A stretch of DNA of 63,975 bases, filler included, from Basidiobolus ranarum (GCA_040143965.1; 3 parts of 3 records of this genome joined end to end with filler, not necessarily neighbours in it), one strand, 5' to 3'; positions 26,406 to 40,429 are shown, counted from the whole stretch's first letter. Translations and numbers: made by a program. Notes: generated by a model from the letters alone, not told the origin.

Positions 26406-29382
26406 CACTAACAGAAATTTGAGGATTGGTATTGTAGGAAACCATCATAATTTTAATCCATTTTTAATTGATGGTTTATTTAGTCATTAATTTATCAAAT
26501 TAGATTTGATTTTTATAAATTTATTCAGTTTCAGGAGTGAAATTTAAAGATCTTGCAAAATAGTTACTGCATCATTGGCTACAATCTCAGAGAACTGTGG
26601 ATCAATGCAAGTACAAAAACGGTAGCCAAAACTTTACACATTTACCTCATGAATGGAAGTTTGTCAACATCAAAATCCCAGTTATTTTGATATATACTCC
26701 TGAAAATTTTTGTAGAGTTTTTCATACCTAAGATTTAGCTCATCTCAAACACAAGTTTGTTACAATATCTCCAATGAAGCTTGCCATTGCATTGATGTTG
26801 TTGAATCCACATTCTTCCAGCTATCTGGAGGATACCCTGCAATATTGTGCCACTCTGTATTAAATTCTTGCCAATATCTGCACAGTTAACACCAGATTGA
26901 AAGTCAAGTTGAATGTTCTTCTTCTGTAACCACTTTCTGCATACTTACACTGTGTTTTTCCCTGCATACTTTTGAAAATACTTCTCAAGCACTTTTACTA
27001 TTTTTATACATCCTCATTGCATGACACAACTTAGGGTGCTTTGCAATGTTTGTGTAGCTTTTTGATTGCTTTAAGTTTGGGACTAATTTCAGCACTTTAA
27101 AAAGTACCAGTTGTGGTTGGAGAGCTGTGAGTTTTATTTGCTGGTGTAATGGCTTGTTAAGAGGAGTTAGGCATTGGATAAACTTTTGATTTTAGTACTC
27201 CTCCAGCTAGTGTACTTGGTTCCATGGTAAAAGTAAGCCTCTTTGCCAGTGTATCTGCTGGTATTTCTGACTGTGGAATTACAGCTCTTTTTAATGATGT
27301 GAAGGGTTTGGCAAGTCAGACAGTAGAGCCTAAACTCACTTGCTCCTTTACTTTTCCTTGGGTTTACTAACTTCTGGACCCAAGAGTACTTTTTTAGCTG
27401 CTTTTTTTTCTAAGTAGATAATTGGATACATGTTTGAGATGTTTGATGAATAGGCCTAAAATAGCCCAATTGCCATTTGCTTGCAAAAACCTGGGATTAG
27501 CCATGTGAGATAAGTCAAGAACCTCCAGGGAAATATCTGAATTTAGTTTTTCACATTTGGTTCAAATTGAGGTGATTTTTGGCAAGTTTCCACACAGTTT
27601 CCAAACAGTGTAACTCTTCATCATCAGAGCAAGTGACAGCAACTCTGATATTCTAACTTTTGATTTGCTGACTTTCCTATGAGATTTCTATTTTCATGTG
27701 CCCAAGCAGTGTTGTGTCATTGTGTAGGCTCAATGGACCAAAACATATTCTGCTCCACCAGATTGCCACTGTGTTACTCATATGAATGGTGTGGGATTGA
27801 TTGAAATCCTGTTTAAGAATGGACAGAGGGTGCAGCATGTTGCTATATCTCAAGTTCAGCATTCTGAAGGTCTTGTATCATTGTTAAGTGACTATTTAAT
27901 CATTGACTAGTTGCTTCCAAACACTGCATTAATTGCAATATTGCAGCATTATTGCTTGTCATAGCCCGTATAGCAACTTCATAGTTTTTACTTATGATAG
28001 CATGCAAACCATTGGAGTGTTCTGTCTGATATTTCTTGTTGTAATATTTCTAACCCAATTGTCTACTGAGAGGTTTTCAATAGTTGGTAAAGTTGGAAAT
28101 GTGGAGCTTGATGGTTTTGATGCAGTTTGTGTTGAACTTTGCTCAACTAATGATTTACTACATAATTGGGAGAACACATTCTCTTCACTTGCACTGCTGC
28201 TGGACAGGAACACATCTGGTAAATGATTAATGCTTCATCATTACTTGAGTTTGTTTCTGGCATGTTAATGCCTTCCAAAGTGGATTGTGGATTGCTAGAC
28301 TGCTCATCAAATAAGTATTCTGTACCTGCTGTTTTTTTTCCTTTCATGCCACCAGGCTTTTGTTTTGAAGCCAATTTTGATTTCTATTTTGAAAGCTTTT
28401 TAAATGGCATTAAAACTTTCATATGGTAAACTTGTTGTAATGAAACTGTGTACAAACAGCTTATAATAAATCAAAATTACCATCTATTACTGGAGGTATC
28501 TTGTAGGTCATCTGATATTATCTATGTCACTGTCTCCTAAGCAGCTGATGATATTGATGGGATATACCTAAAATACCTCCCATATGTAGTAGTTATTCTT
28601 TTTTCCACAATATCTTTCTCATGCCACAATATAAACATTTAAACCAGCTTTGCTATTATTGTCACAAATCTGGTGCTATTAAAGCTGGAGGCATCTCAGA
28701 AAAGTAATTGCAAGCATGTTAATAGTAGATAGCCACTAGCTGCACAAAGCCTAGTGAATATCAATAGTAATAAGGGCACATAATTAACTTTAGCTTGGCC
28801 CAGTGAGTGCATTGGCTGTGCTTTACCTCAAGTTTTTGGTAACACCACTGAAAGTCTAGAAACCATCGAGTTACCACAGTTATATGTCCAGAATTATGTA
28901 GGTAAAAATGCAACTTTGGTCAATCCAGCAAGCTCAGTTGACTTTGGGGACATGCTACTTGATGTTGACCTGGGTTATTAGACTACTGATAGTAGTATGT
29001 CAGAAGATGAAGAAGAAGCCCATGGTTTTGTTATGGACTCTCTGTTATTGGCAAGCACTAGGCCTCTCCTTACACTTACAGCAAAGGGAGCAGCTACCAT
29101 TATTTAAAAGTGGAGAGTTCTATTCAATCTCAGCAGCCATGAGCTTATTGGTTTTCTTACACTTTTACCAGAGTACATTGGCAACAGACCTGGTACAAGT
29201 CAAAAACCCTTATCAATTCTGTGATTCATATTCCTTCCATAATTATACTACCTTCATGGCCCAATGGTTGTGTGGCTTTCACCAGTGCTCTGTAAAAACT
29301 GAAGTCATGTACTGTTGCACACAATTGGCAATCATCAAATCAGATTAATATTGTTCATATTTAACTTACATACCATTGATTC
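26406..29382. mobile_element. CACTA/CMC transposon left arm: terminus, decayed ORF-X (minus, about 26530-28374) and transposase N-terminus (plus, about 28880-29382)
   Basis: Begins CACTAACAGAAAT; homology with 44109-45147 starts at this point; plus-strand WPNGCVAF...KSC...TYIPL zinc-motif relic. Confidence 0.7.
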
Positions 29383-32300
29383 TGATGAAAGTGTTTAGAG
29401 GAATTGAAAGTGTGTTGGATAAGATTGGGCATGGTGAAATAGAAGTTTAAACATTATTGAATTCAATATGTCTTTCAGATGGTCAACTTTGGACTATTTA
29501 TGTGCTTGATCATAACAACTATGCCTGTTAAGCATGGGTGAAAATTTGAGATGCTATGGAGAAGATTTAAGAAGATAGTGAAATTTGTAAAAGTGATCTA
29601 ATTGATAGAAATATCAATTAGAGCAATAAATGCATGTTTTTTAATGGAAAACGTGAGTGCTAAATAATCCAAATTTGAATCAACTAACAACTAAACAATG
29701 AGTTACTATTTACCCAATATGCACATTGCTATTCAACTAATAATTTTCTATTTTTCTCAAACCTGATTTACAGCTGGATAATTCAAATTATGCTTCAGCC
29801 AAAGGTTTGGTTGAGATATCAGCAATCATTTCTTCTGTAGGGCAAAAGACAAGCTCAAGTATATCATTCTCTATTGCTTCTGAAACAAGATGATGCCTAA
29901 TATTTATATGTTTTATTCTAGCATGGAATGAAGGGTAATGAAATACAGCTTTTATTTACTTCAAATACAGTAATAGCACTTTTTTGCAGGTATCATAAGT
30001 CTGTAAATACCTGCCTTAATCACATAGTTTCTTGTGTAGTAGCAGAGGCAGCCATGTACTCTGCTTCTGTAGTGGAAAGGGCTATGGTTGGTTGCTTCTT
30101 GCTATTACAAGTTATGGTTCCATTCCTATTGAGAAAAGTGTATGCAGTTGTTGATCTTCTATCATCAAGGTTTTGTCACCAGTCTACATTACAATAGCCT
30201 TCATAATATCATGCATCAGGAGTGTCTGAATATTCCAGAACTAGGTCTTCAGTTCCTCTCATATTCCTTATTAATTGTTGTACCATAGTTTTGTGCTCAG
30301 ATGCTAGATTTTGAGATACTAGCTGACCATTCTCATTCCCACAGAAATGTCCGGACATGTGTGCCAAACTTTCTATAAATCAAAATGCCCATCATGGATT
30401 GATAAGGGAACTCCTGGCTTTGATTGGAGTCACTTTGTGCCAAGTCAGATGGAAATTTGGTTGATTCCACATTTGAATCCATTGGTGTTGATACAGGCTT
30501 GCTATTCTTTATGTTGAAGTGTATTAGGATATCTAGGATGTATCTAGATTGAGTCAGCATGATCTTCTGATTGGGTTTAACACTCTTGATTAAATATTCC
30601 AAGAAAGTAACTTAATACACCCATATCAGTCTTCTGAAACTGGCTCAGTAAGCTGCTTTTCATCCGATTAAGTGCTTCTTGATCCTTTATTGCTATGATC
30701 AAGTCATCCATATAAAGTGCCACAGTAAGGATCCTTTTCTTGGTTGCATTGATGTAAATACTGTGATATGCTAACCATTCTTGAAATTCCAGTGACTTCT
30801 AAGAGGTATCTAGCTTGCTGTAACATGCTCTGGGTGCTTGCTTGAGTCTAGGGAGCAGTTTTTGCAGTTTAACAGCCATGTCAGGGTGTTTTGGGTTGTC
30901 AAACTCATCTGGTTGCTCCTTATAGATCTCTTCCTCTAGATTTCCATTCAGAAAGATTATTTCTGCATTTATAGCTCTATTAAAATCAACTCCCAGAGTC
31001 TGGGAATAACTTTTGCAAGTAAATTTGCTTCATATCTTTCTATAGTTCCATCAGCTTAGTTTTTGAACTTATATATCTATTTACAACCTTTTGGCTTTCT
31101 TACAGATGGTACAGGACTTAAAACCCTTTTTGTATTGTCAAAAAGTGAAGAAAGCTCATCAGACAATGCTTTTTCCCATTATTTTGACTCTGGACACTCC
31201 AGAGCGTGATCCAGAGTCTGTTGCTTGTCACAGGGGGCTGTATAAGCAAAAATATCATCATTGGAAGTGTTTCACCAGTTCAATGGCTTATTTATCCTTC
31301 TGAATGAGTTTCTAGGCCTCAATTTATTCTCTGACGTAATTGAGACTAGAATTTTGATTGTTTGGGTGCAGATACAGCTGAAATCTTGTCAAACATTTGC
31401 TGAATGGTGACAATTATGCTTCTGGATCTACAACTGTGATATGAGGTGCAAATTTGCTTTCTCATCAAATTTCACATCTCTGCACTTTATTAACTTTTGA
31501 TTTTTAGTATCAAGCAGTCTGTGTGCTTAAGATTGATCTCAGTAACCAAAAAAATATGCATTTGCTGCTTTTGGGTACCAATTTAGAGCATTTTTGTGCT
31601 GGAATCAGGCAATATGATATGCAACCAAAGATCATGAGATGATCCACACTAGGTTTTGATCCATTTGGGGCTTCAAATGGAGTATAATTTTGTAGCAATC
31701 TTGTTGGGCATCTGTTGCTGATATAGACTGCAGTAGAGATATATTCAGCCCTATATTGGTAATCCAACTTTGATGATGTAACATTTATGGTGACATTCTT
31801 ACTGTGGTCCTATTAGCATCTTTTGCAACTCAATTTTACTGCGGAATATAAGATAAAGTAGTTTTGTTGCTTAATTACATTTTTAGAACAAAAACTAGCA
31901 AAGTCTTTGGAACAGCATTCTCCACCATTATAACTCCTTAGTACCCTTATTTTTCATACTGCTTCCTTCTCTACCATTGCTTTGTAGAGCTTGATGTATC
32001 TAAGGCCTCAGATTTTTTTTTGAGAAAAAATACCCAAGTCTATCTTGATTTGTCTTTGATAAAGTTCATTGAGTACCTGTGCCCCCTAGTGAGATGTTTT
32101 TCATGGCCACACATAGTTCAGAATGAATCAGAGCAAATTTTGGAGTGGATTTGATTTCTCCAGAGCCTGAAAATAGCTGTCTATGACATCTTCTATATAT
32201 GCAACCTTCACACAGAACCAATTTGATGGTTTTTTCAATTGTATAGCATGAAGCAAGCTGATTTTGGATTTATTGGATCAGTTGTTGTTCCCCAAAGTGG

Positions 32301-33938
32301 CCTAATCATTTATTCTATAGTTGATAGCTAATTTCACTGCTTTTGGGCTAGTTTAAGTGCTCAGAATGCAATTTTTTGATATCTAGCTTGTATAAGTTTC
32401 AAGTTTGAATCCCAGAGCTAACATGGTATTATTCTGATCTGCAATAGTGCGTCCAACCTTGCTAAGCCCAAAGTTTAGCCCTTGAGTTGTTGCTTGGCTT
32501 GCTGACAGTAGATTCTTGGCAATATTTGGTACATAGAGTATTTCTTTGAATTGTGCAGATGATGTAGCTGTATTTTATCAAAATTGAGCACAACTGTGCC
32601 CTGACCAACTGCATCCAGAGAATAGTCACCATCTGACCAGACTTTCCTTGGTTAGGTAAGCTTTAAACTGGAAAACCAATCTTTCTTGTTTGGCATATGG
32701 TGAGAAGCTCCCAATTCATTGTATCACATTTCCTAGTCTTTGTTAGTGGTCACTGATAGGACAGACACAAACACATGATTCTTATCAGTGGTTACTTGAT
32801 ATGCCATTTCATATTTTAGCTTTTTGGCAAACATCCTTTTTCTGCAATCTTTGATTGAATCACCTTGTTTCTTGCAACATTTGGAGATAATTGATTTCCT
32901 ATTGGGGGTCCCAATATTGAAGCCTGTTGGATGTTTTACAGCTCCAAAAAGTGCATAATCTTCATTATTTTGCCAACAAATATATCTCCTTGATTCCTCA
33001 TTCAAAAGCCTAGCACCAACATTTTCCATTCTTAATGGCTCTGATCTTGATTCTAGGGCAATTGTGAGGCTCCAAAACCTGTCTGGCAGGCTCCCAAGTA
33101 GTGTCCTGACTAAGTCATCATTAGTTACAGGAGTTCCAATGGAAGAGAGCTGATCACCCATAGTGCTTAACCATTTTGTATGATTAACCATTGAATCATC
33201 AGAATTCATCTGAATTGAGAACAATTTTTGCTTAAGATTTAGCTGTTACCAAATTTAGTCTCATGTAGTCCCACAAGTGTTTGTCAAACAGTTTGGATGT
33301 TTTTGGCTGAGTGCATGTACCTCAAGTGAGAGTGTCTGAGATGTAGACAAAGAGTCAAGAGTACTTTCCTCTTCTTCTTGTTAATGACAAGGGTAGCTTC
33401 TTGTGTTCCCTTTAGCTCTATTACCTCTCCGGTGATAAATCCCCAAAGGTCCTTGCCTTCTAGCACCTTTTGCATCTTGAACTTCCAAAGGAGAAAGTAA
33501 TCACCATCTAACTTCTCTCTGGATGTAAAAACATTGGTAATAGTACTGGTATGCATTTCCTTAACAGCTAGCTTGGGGCTCATAGCCAGACAAAAGTGTT
33601 TAGGGGATTTGGAAATGTTTTGGACAAGAATTGGATTTGTGAATTAGTTACTTGAGTTTTATTGAATTCAATATGTCCTCTTTATAGTTTACTTTAACAT
33701 AAAAGCATTGGATGTGCTTAGAACTTATAATGCAAGCCTGATAGGCATAAATGAAAATTTGAGATAATTTAGAGAAGATTTGAGAAAATAGTGAAAACTG
33801 GTAGAAATAATCTGATTGTTATTTCTATCAATTAGAGTACTAAACACACATTTTTGAGTGGCAGAATTGAGTGCTCAATAAACATGATATGAATGAACTA
33901 ACCACTAAGTATGAGTTTCTATATACCTAAATTCAACA
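29383..33938 (-). mobile_element. Decayed near-full-length Ty1/Copia (family B) with two LTRs
   Basis: LTRs at 33588-33938 and 29383-29725; PBS-like GGCTATGAGCCC next to the 5' LTR; gag (WKFKM..VLEGKDLWGFI, LLGSLP), integrase, RT and RNase H (STTEAEY) relics. Confidence 0.9.
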
Positions 33939-34365
33939 GAACCAGAATGTCCAGAAAACTTTGAGGACATGTTGCTAGATGTTAATCTTGGTTATTCCAC
34001 TACTGATGGTGTTATAACAGAAGATGAAGAAGAAGACAATGGCTTTGTCATACACTCTTTGTTATTGGCAAGCATTTATCCACTTTTAATACTTCCAGTA
34101 AAGGAAGCAGCTTTGATTATTGAGGAGTGGAGAGTTCAATCAAATCTTAGCAACCAGGTGTGTATTGGTTTTCTTACACTTTTACTGTAGTTGATTGGTA
34201 ACTGTTGCTTGCCACACACCTGGTACAAGTGAAAAACACTTGTCAATTGTATGACTTATAATCATTCTGTAATAAAACCACCTCTATGTCCAAATGGTTG
34301 TGTGACTTTTGCTGCTGATCTGCAAAACCTAAAGTCATGTCCTGTTTGTGCAAAATTATCAATCA
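33939..34365 (+). mobile_element. CACTA transposase N-terminal fragment (second copy)
   Basis: Homologous to about 28880-29335; encodes LCPNGCVTFAADLQNLKSCPVCAK. Confidence 0.75.
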
Positions 34366-37300
34366 TGTTGAAATTAGGTAAATAGCAACTCATTATTTAG
34401 TAGTTTGTTTATTCATATTCTGATTATTTAGCACTCATTTATGCCATTCAAAAACATGTGTTTATTACTCCAATTTGATAGATATATCCATTAGATGAAT
34501 ATTACCAATTTTCACTGTTTACTCACTGCTTCTCCAAATCACCTCATATTTTCACACATCCTGAACAGGCATGTTTATTATAATCTAAGCATGTCCAATA
34601 GTTTTATTTCATAGTAAACTATAAACAGGACAAATTTAAAACAATAAAACTTAAGTGTCTAATTTATAGATCTAAATCCTGTCCAAAACACTTCCATGTC
34701 ACCTGAACACTTTTATCACATTATGAGCCCAGAGCTAGCTGTTAAAGCAATGTCTAACAGTATTATCACCAATGTCATTGCTTCCACAGAGAAGTTTGAC
34801 AGTGAAGACTTTTACTGTTGGAAGTTCATGATGCAAATGGTGCTAGAAGGCAATAACCTTTGGGGATTTGTCAGAGGAGAGGAAATAGTGCCAAAGGGAC
34901 CAACAGAAGCTACCCTTAGAATTTGAAAACATCACTAAATTGGATATGTGTGAAGATTGCATATATGGAAAAATACACAGACAGCTGTTTTCAACCTCTG
35001 GAAAGATCAAATCCTCCCAGAATCTTACTCTGATTCATATGACCTATGAGGCCCCATGAAAACATCTCACTATATGGTAAAAGGTACTTTGTGACCTCTA
35101 TTGATGATAAAAAAGGTATACTTAGGTATTTTTTTCTCAAATCAAAATCTGAAGCCTTAGCCATGTTCAAGCATCACAAAGCAATTGCAGATAAAGAATC
35201 ATCACAAAAATCAAGGGTACTATGGAGCGATAATGGTAGAGAATACTGCTCAAAGACTAGGCCAGTTTCTGTTCTAAACATGTAATAAAGCAACAAGCTA
35301 CTGTACCTTACTCCACAGCAAAATGGAGTTGCCAAACATGCAAATAGAACCGTAGTGGAGATGGCATGATAAATGTTACATGTTCAAAAGTTAGATTACC
35401 AATATAGTGCTGAATCTATCTCCACAGCAGTCTATATCAAAAACAGATGCCCAACAAGCTTGCTACAAAATCTACTCCATTTGAGGCCCAATATGGATCA
35501 AAACAAGTGTGGATTATCTCTTGATTGTTGATTACACACCATATTACCTAAATCCAGCTCAAAAATGCTCTAAATTGGAACCCAAAAGCAGCCAATGCAT
35601 ATTTCTTGGTAGCTGTGATGAATACAAGGCCTAGAGGCTGTTTAGAGCCAAAAATCAGAAGTTAATTAAGTGCAGAGAAGTGACTTTTGATCCAAAAGGA
35701 AATATTTCTCCTCAAATCACAAATCTTCATCCAGAAAAAACATTCATCACCATTTAGCAAGTGTCTGACAAATTTCTAGCTGTGTCTGAGGGCTGTACAA
35801 CCATAATTTCACTCCAAATTACTTCATAGATTGATTCAGGACCTAGAAGATTATGCCAAAGATGGATAAAGCCAGGGAACTGGTGAAACCCCTCCAATGA
35901 TGAAGTCTAAGCTTATGCAGTAATCTGTGACAAGCCATTGACTCTAGATCTAGCTCTGGAGTGTCTGGAGTCACAATTATGGGAAAAAGCAATGTCTGAA
36001 GCATTTTCTTCACTTCAGGACAACAAAACATGGGTTTTAAGTCCTCTACCATCAGGAAGAAAGCCAATGGGTTGCACACAGATCTATAAATTCTAAAACC
36101 AAGCTGACTGAGCCATGGAAAGGTACACAGGAAGATTAGTTGCAAAATGTTATTCCTAGACTCCAGGAGTGGCTTTAATAGAACTTTTGCTCCAGTAACT
36201 ACATTTGACTCCTTTACACCAATCCTGGTATTCTCAGCCATCCATAGCCTTGATTTACATCAAACAAATGTTGAAATAGCTTTTTTGAATGGAAATGTAG
36301 ATGAAGAGAACTATATAGAGTTACCAGATGGATTTATTCACCCAAAACACCCCACTATGGTCTGTAAGCTGCACAAATTGCTATATGGATTCCAGCAAGT
36401 ACCCAGGCATGGTGCAACAGGACAAATGCATTTTTTGAATCACTGGAATTTGAAAAATGCAAAGCAGATCACAGTTTTTACGTCAAAACAACCAGAAATA
36501 GGATCCCTGTCTAGGCACTAGATGTGAACAACTTGCTCATAGCCACAAATGATCTAGCAGCACTTAATGTGACAAAAAAAGCCTATCAAACTGATTTCAG
36601 ATGACTGATATGGTTGAATTTTGTTATTTACCTTGAATCCAAATCATGAGACATAAATCCGATAAGAAAATTATGCTGAGTCACTCTAGGAATATCCTGG
36701 ACATCCTAAATGCTCCAACATGGAAAATAATAATCCTATATCAACACCAATGGACCGCAATGTGGGATTAATCAGTATTTCATCCAAGTTGGCCAAAGAT
36801 GACTGAAACAAAGCTTGGAGTTCTCTTATCAATCCATGGTGGGTAGCTTTATTTGTACAATGGTTGCATCGTGTCTAGACTGTTGAAATTAGGTAAATAG
36901 CAACTCATTATTTAGTAGTTAGTTTATTCATATTCTGATTATTTAGCAATCATTTCTGCCATTCAAAAACATGTGTTTCTTGTTTTACTTGATAGATATA
37001 TCATTAAGCTTACTTTTACCAATTTTCACCATTTTCACAAAACTTCAATTTGATAAAATATCAATTAGGGCACCTTTACCATTTTTCACTATTTTCTCCA
37101 AACTTCTTTGAATCACCTCAAATTGTTGCCCAAGTCTAATAGGCATGTTTGTTAGGATGTAAGTATGTACAATAAACTTTCACCCATGCTTAACAGCCAT
37201 TTTTATTATGTTCTAAGCAAATCCAATAGTCCGATCTCATATTAAACTAGAAATAAGACTTATTCAATTTAATAAAACTTAAGAGTCTAATTCACAAATC

Positions 37301-38327
37301 CAAATCTTGTCCAAAACACTTCCAAATCCCCTCAACACTTTCATCACAGGCATTACTGTGGTAGTGGGAACTTTCCGCCAAAATCTCAAAAATCCAGGAT
37401 CTGAGCACAAAACTGGAGTAAAACAAATCTTTGGATGTTGGAGAGGAATAGTAGATCTAGTTCTGGAATACTCTGGCAATCCTGATATATGAAATTGTGA
37501 GAGCTGCTGTAGTGCAGACTGGGGAAGAAACTTTGATGAGCGATGATAAACAACTGGGTACACTTTTTTCTATGGTTACAGCTTAGAATAGTGAGAAGCA
37601 GCCAACCATAGCCCTTTCTACCACAGAAGCAGAGTATATAGCTGCCTCTGCTACTACACAAGAAGCTATGTGCATAAGGAAGTTATTTACAGACTTAGGA
37701 TACATGCAAAAGTGTGCTATTACTGTATTTCAAGAAAATCAAAGTTGTATTTCATTAGTTAAAAAACCTTTGTTTCATACTTGAACAAAACATATAGAGA
37801 TTAGGCATCATTTTATTTGAGAAGCAATTGTTAATGATATAATTGAACATTTCTGTTGCCCTACCAAAGAGGTGATTGCTGACATCTTAATCAAATCTTT
37901 AACTGAAGCACAATTTAAATTATCAAGATAAAAGTTAGATATAAGAGAAGTACAAAATAATCAATTAGTGGGAATGTAGAAATTAGATAAATAGCAACAC
38001 ATTATTTATCAGTTAGTTTATTCATATTGTGATTATTTAGCACTCAATTCTTCCATTCAAAAATATGTGTTTCTTGTTTTACTTGATAGATATATCATTA
38101 AGCTTACTTTTACCAATTTTCACTATTTTCACAAAACTTCTCCAAATCATCGCAAATTTTTCACTGTTGCTTAACAGGCATGTTTGTTGTGATCTAAGCA
38201 CACCAAATAGTCCTATGTTATAGAAAATTATTGATTGGACTTAATCAAATCAATAAAACTTGAGTGTCCATTTCACAAAACCAAATTTTGACCAAAACAC
38301 TTCCAAGTCTCCAAAACACTTTTTTCA
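34366..38327 (+). mobile_element. Decayed Ty1/Copia (family B), internally deleted, two terminal LTRs
   Basis: 5' LTR 34366-34718, PBS-like TTATGAGCCCAG, gag start joined to integrase, RT (RTFAPV, AFLNG), RNase H, PPT-like AGTGGGAA, 3' LTR 37975-38327. Confidence 0.9.
36881..37346 (+). mobile_element. Nested solo LTR, family B, with internal duplication
   Basis: TGTTGAAATTAGG...TTCATCA; interrupts the RT/RNase H linker; flanks TAGAC/CAGGC. Confidence 0.85.
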
Positions 38328-39620
38328 GGAAAGGCTTGCTGGTCAATCATATCAGTTAACTTCAGTCTTCCTTCTTTTGAATAGTTCAAGAGTCATATAT
38401 TTTGATACTATCCAGCATATCTGGATCTAAATCACCAGTGCTTATAGATAGCTTCTTGGAGCCTTTGATTGCAGAATTTGAATGGTTATCTAATGTGATG
38501 CAGCTGGGTGAATATCTTTTTAAAGCAAATATTATTTATATATTGAAATTATTTAGGGAGAAATATTGGTCTGGCCATGATTTGAACCTGGGACCTCCTT
38601 CACTCTAACAAGATGCTCTAACCACTGAGCTACCAGTCCTTGTATGCTATGCCTATATTGCTTGGGAACCTTAACCTAGTCTGTCAATGTATGGTAATTT
38701 GGCATTTCAGCTATACAAGCAACTGATTGGCCTTAAACTTTGTGTTCAGATGTAGTCACCATACTCAATAATTTCCTCTTTGGGAATTATTGCTTGTACC
38801 ACAAGTCCCCAGACTTTCAACTATATATTCTTATGCCATCAACTCACATTGGCAAACCTCAGGCAAATAAAGAGGCTGTGCAAAGATTTTATAATTGGAT
38901 ATGAAATACTTTATTACATGCTTAAAGAAGATAGACTGAATCTATGCTCAAATTCAATACATTCCCTGCTGCATCTCTCACATTGCTCAGAGATTATGGG
39001 CTCTTGCTATACATTCTGGGAGTTCCCAATGGAGCATACCTGAAGCCAAATCATACTCCATGTGAAATTTGCAGTACCACCATATGCTAATTTGATGAAC
39101 AATATATTAGCAAAATCAGTGCCAAATGTTATGCAAAAGGTTAAGGTGACTCCAGAGTATATTAACCTTCCAAGAAAGGGCTCTTTTCAATGTGCTCACA
39201 GGTTTTTACATTGTTTGAGCACAATAACAGCTTTGGAAATATGCCAAAGTCCAAGAGCTTATTCTCTTTGTGAATGGTATCAAGTGGCCACTATTTGTCA
39301 GTTGTCAGTGCTGTTCAAAATCTCAGATGTGTAACAATTTTTACAACATTAGTGAGCTGGTAAAGTACACTGATGTTGTTGAGTTTTGTCTTTATCAGTC
39401 AAGCATGTACATATGTAGAGAGTAAAGACAAGAATATACATGTATTTTTGATTCTCATTATGGCTGGAATGCAAAGCCTAAAATATTGAAATATAGGCAT
39501 GAATATCAATTTGAATTTCTATAGCTGTAAACCAAGTAATTTGCCATTTAAAAACTAGTTTTTTCAAAATTGTTGGGAATAAAATAATACATGCCAAATA
39601 TGAGGATCAATATCTTGCAG
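38328..39620 (+). mobile_element. CACTA transposase central/C-terminal relics and 3' region
   Basis: GKACWSIISVNFSLP...SGSKSPVLIDSFLEPLIAEF and YEILYY...IHSLLHL...GSCYTFWEFPME, typical Tnp2-type motifs. Confidence 0.75.
38567..38639 (-). pseudogene. Degenerate tRNA-like sequence (73 nt)
   Basis: GGACTGG TA GCTC AGTGGTTA GAGC A TCTTG TTAGAGT GAAGG AGGTC CCAGG TTCAAAT CATGG CCAGACC A folds as a cloverleaf with A and B boxes and 3 stem mismatches; AGA at the anticodon position but no long variable arm. Confidence 0.8.
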
Positions 39621-40228
39621 CAGGAAGCAATGTACCATCCATTTATCAGCTACTGAAGCAGAATACATGGCTATAATTCAAGCAATAAAAGAGGCCATAT
39701 GGTTAAGAAGTCTCCAAAAAAACGGGAACTTCAAGCAATAAGGACCTGCTATTGGCAAGGAAAGCAATTAAAGATTTTTTTCCATGACCAAGAAAGCAGC
39801 TCTCCACAGTTGTTCTAAGCTCATTGATATTGAACATCATTTTTGGAGAGAGAAGCTAGAAGACTGGCAAGTTCCAATATTACTAACTTACGGGAGTATT
39901 GTATAATAAACTGAGTTAGTAGATTAGGAACATACATTAGTTAGCATCATTGTTTACTGCAGCTTGTCAATATAAACAGCCTATTATCTAGATGTATATA
40001 CAATTATAAATTACTTTTGTCTGGATTATTATCAGCACTATGCTTAGTAATAAATAGATTTGATCTTATGGCAAGTGATGAGTCATTATGGTTAGTTGTA
40101 GCCACAGTCTACTTGAGTAAAATAATTAGTAATCAGCTAATGACTCATCTGCTGATCTAATCAAAGAAATTTAGAATATGCTGGGCATCCCCTACCCTTT
40201 TGAAAAAATTGCTCTGTCCACAGTAACA
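39620..40228 (+). mobile_element. Copia RNase H 3' fragment plus probable third-family LTR (about 39897-40228)
   Basis: SATEAEYMAIIQAIKEAIWLR, KLIDIEHHF, PPT-like ACGGGAG, then an LTR-like stretch ending GTAACA. Confidence 0.65.
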
Positions 40229-40429
40229 TTCCACTACTATACTATCATTCTTATATCACTATTTTTCCATCCTCAGCCATCATCAGTGACAAGCCACAGA
40301 ATCTAGATCAAGCTCTGCAGTGAGAGGAATCAAAATTATGGGAAAAAGCAATCTCTGATGAGTTTTCTTCACTTCACAACAATAAAATATGGGTTTTAAG
40401 TTCTCTACCAGCAGGGAGAAAGCTACTTG

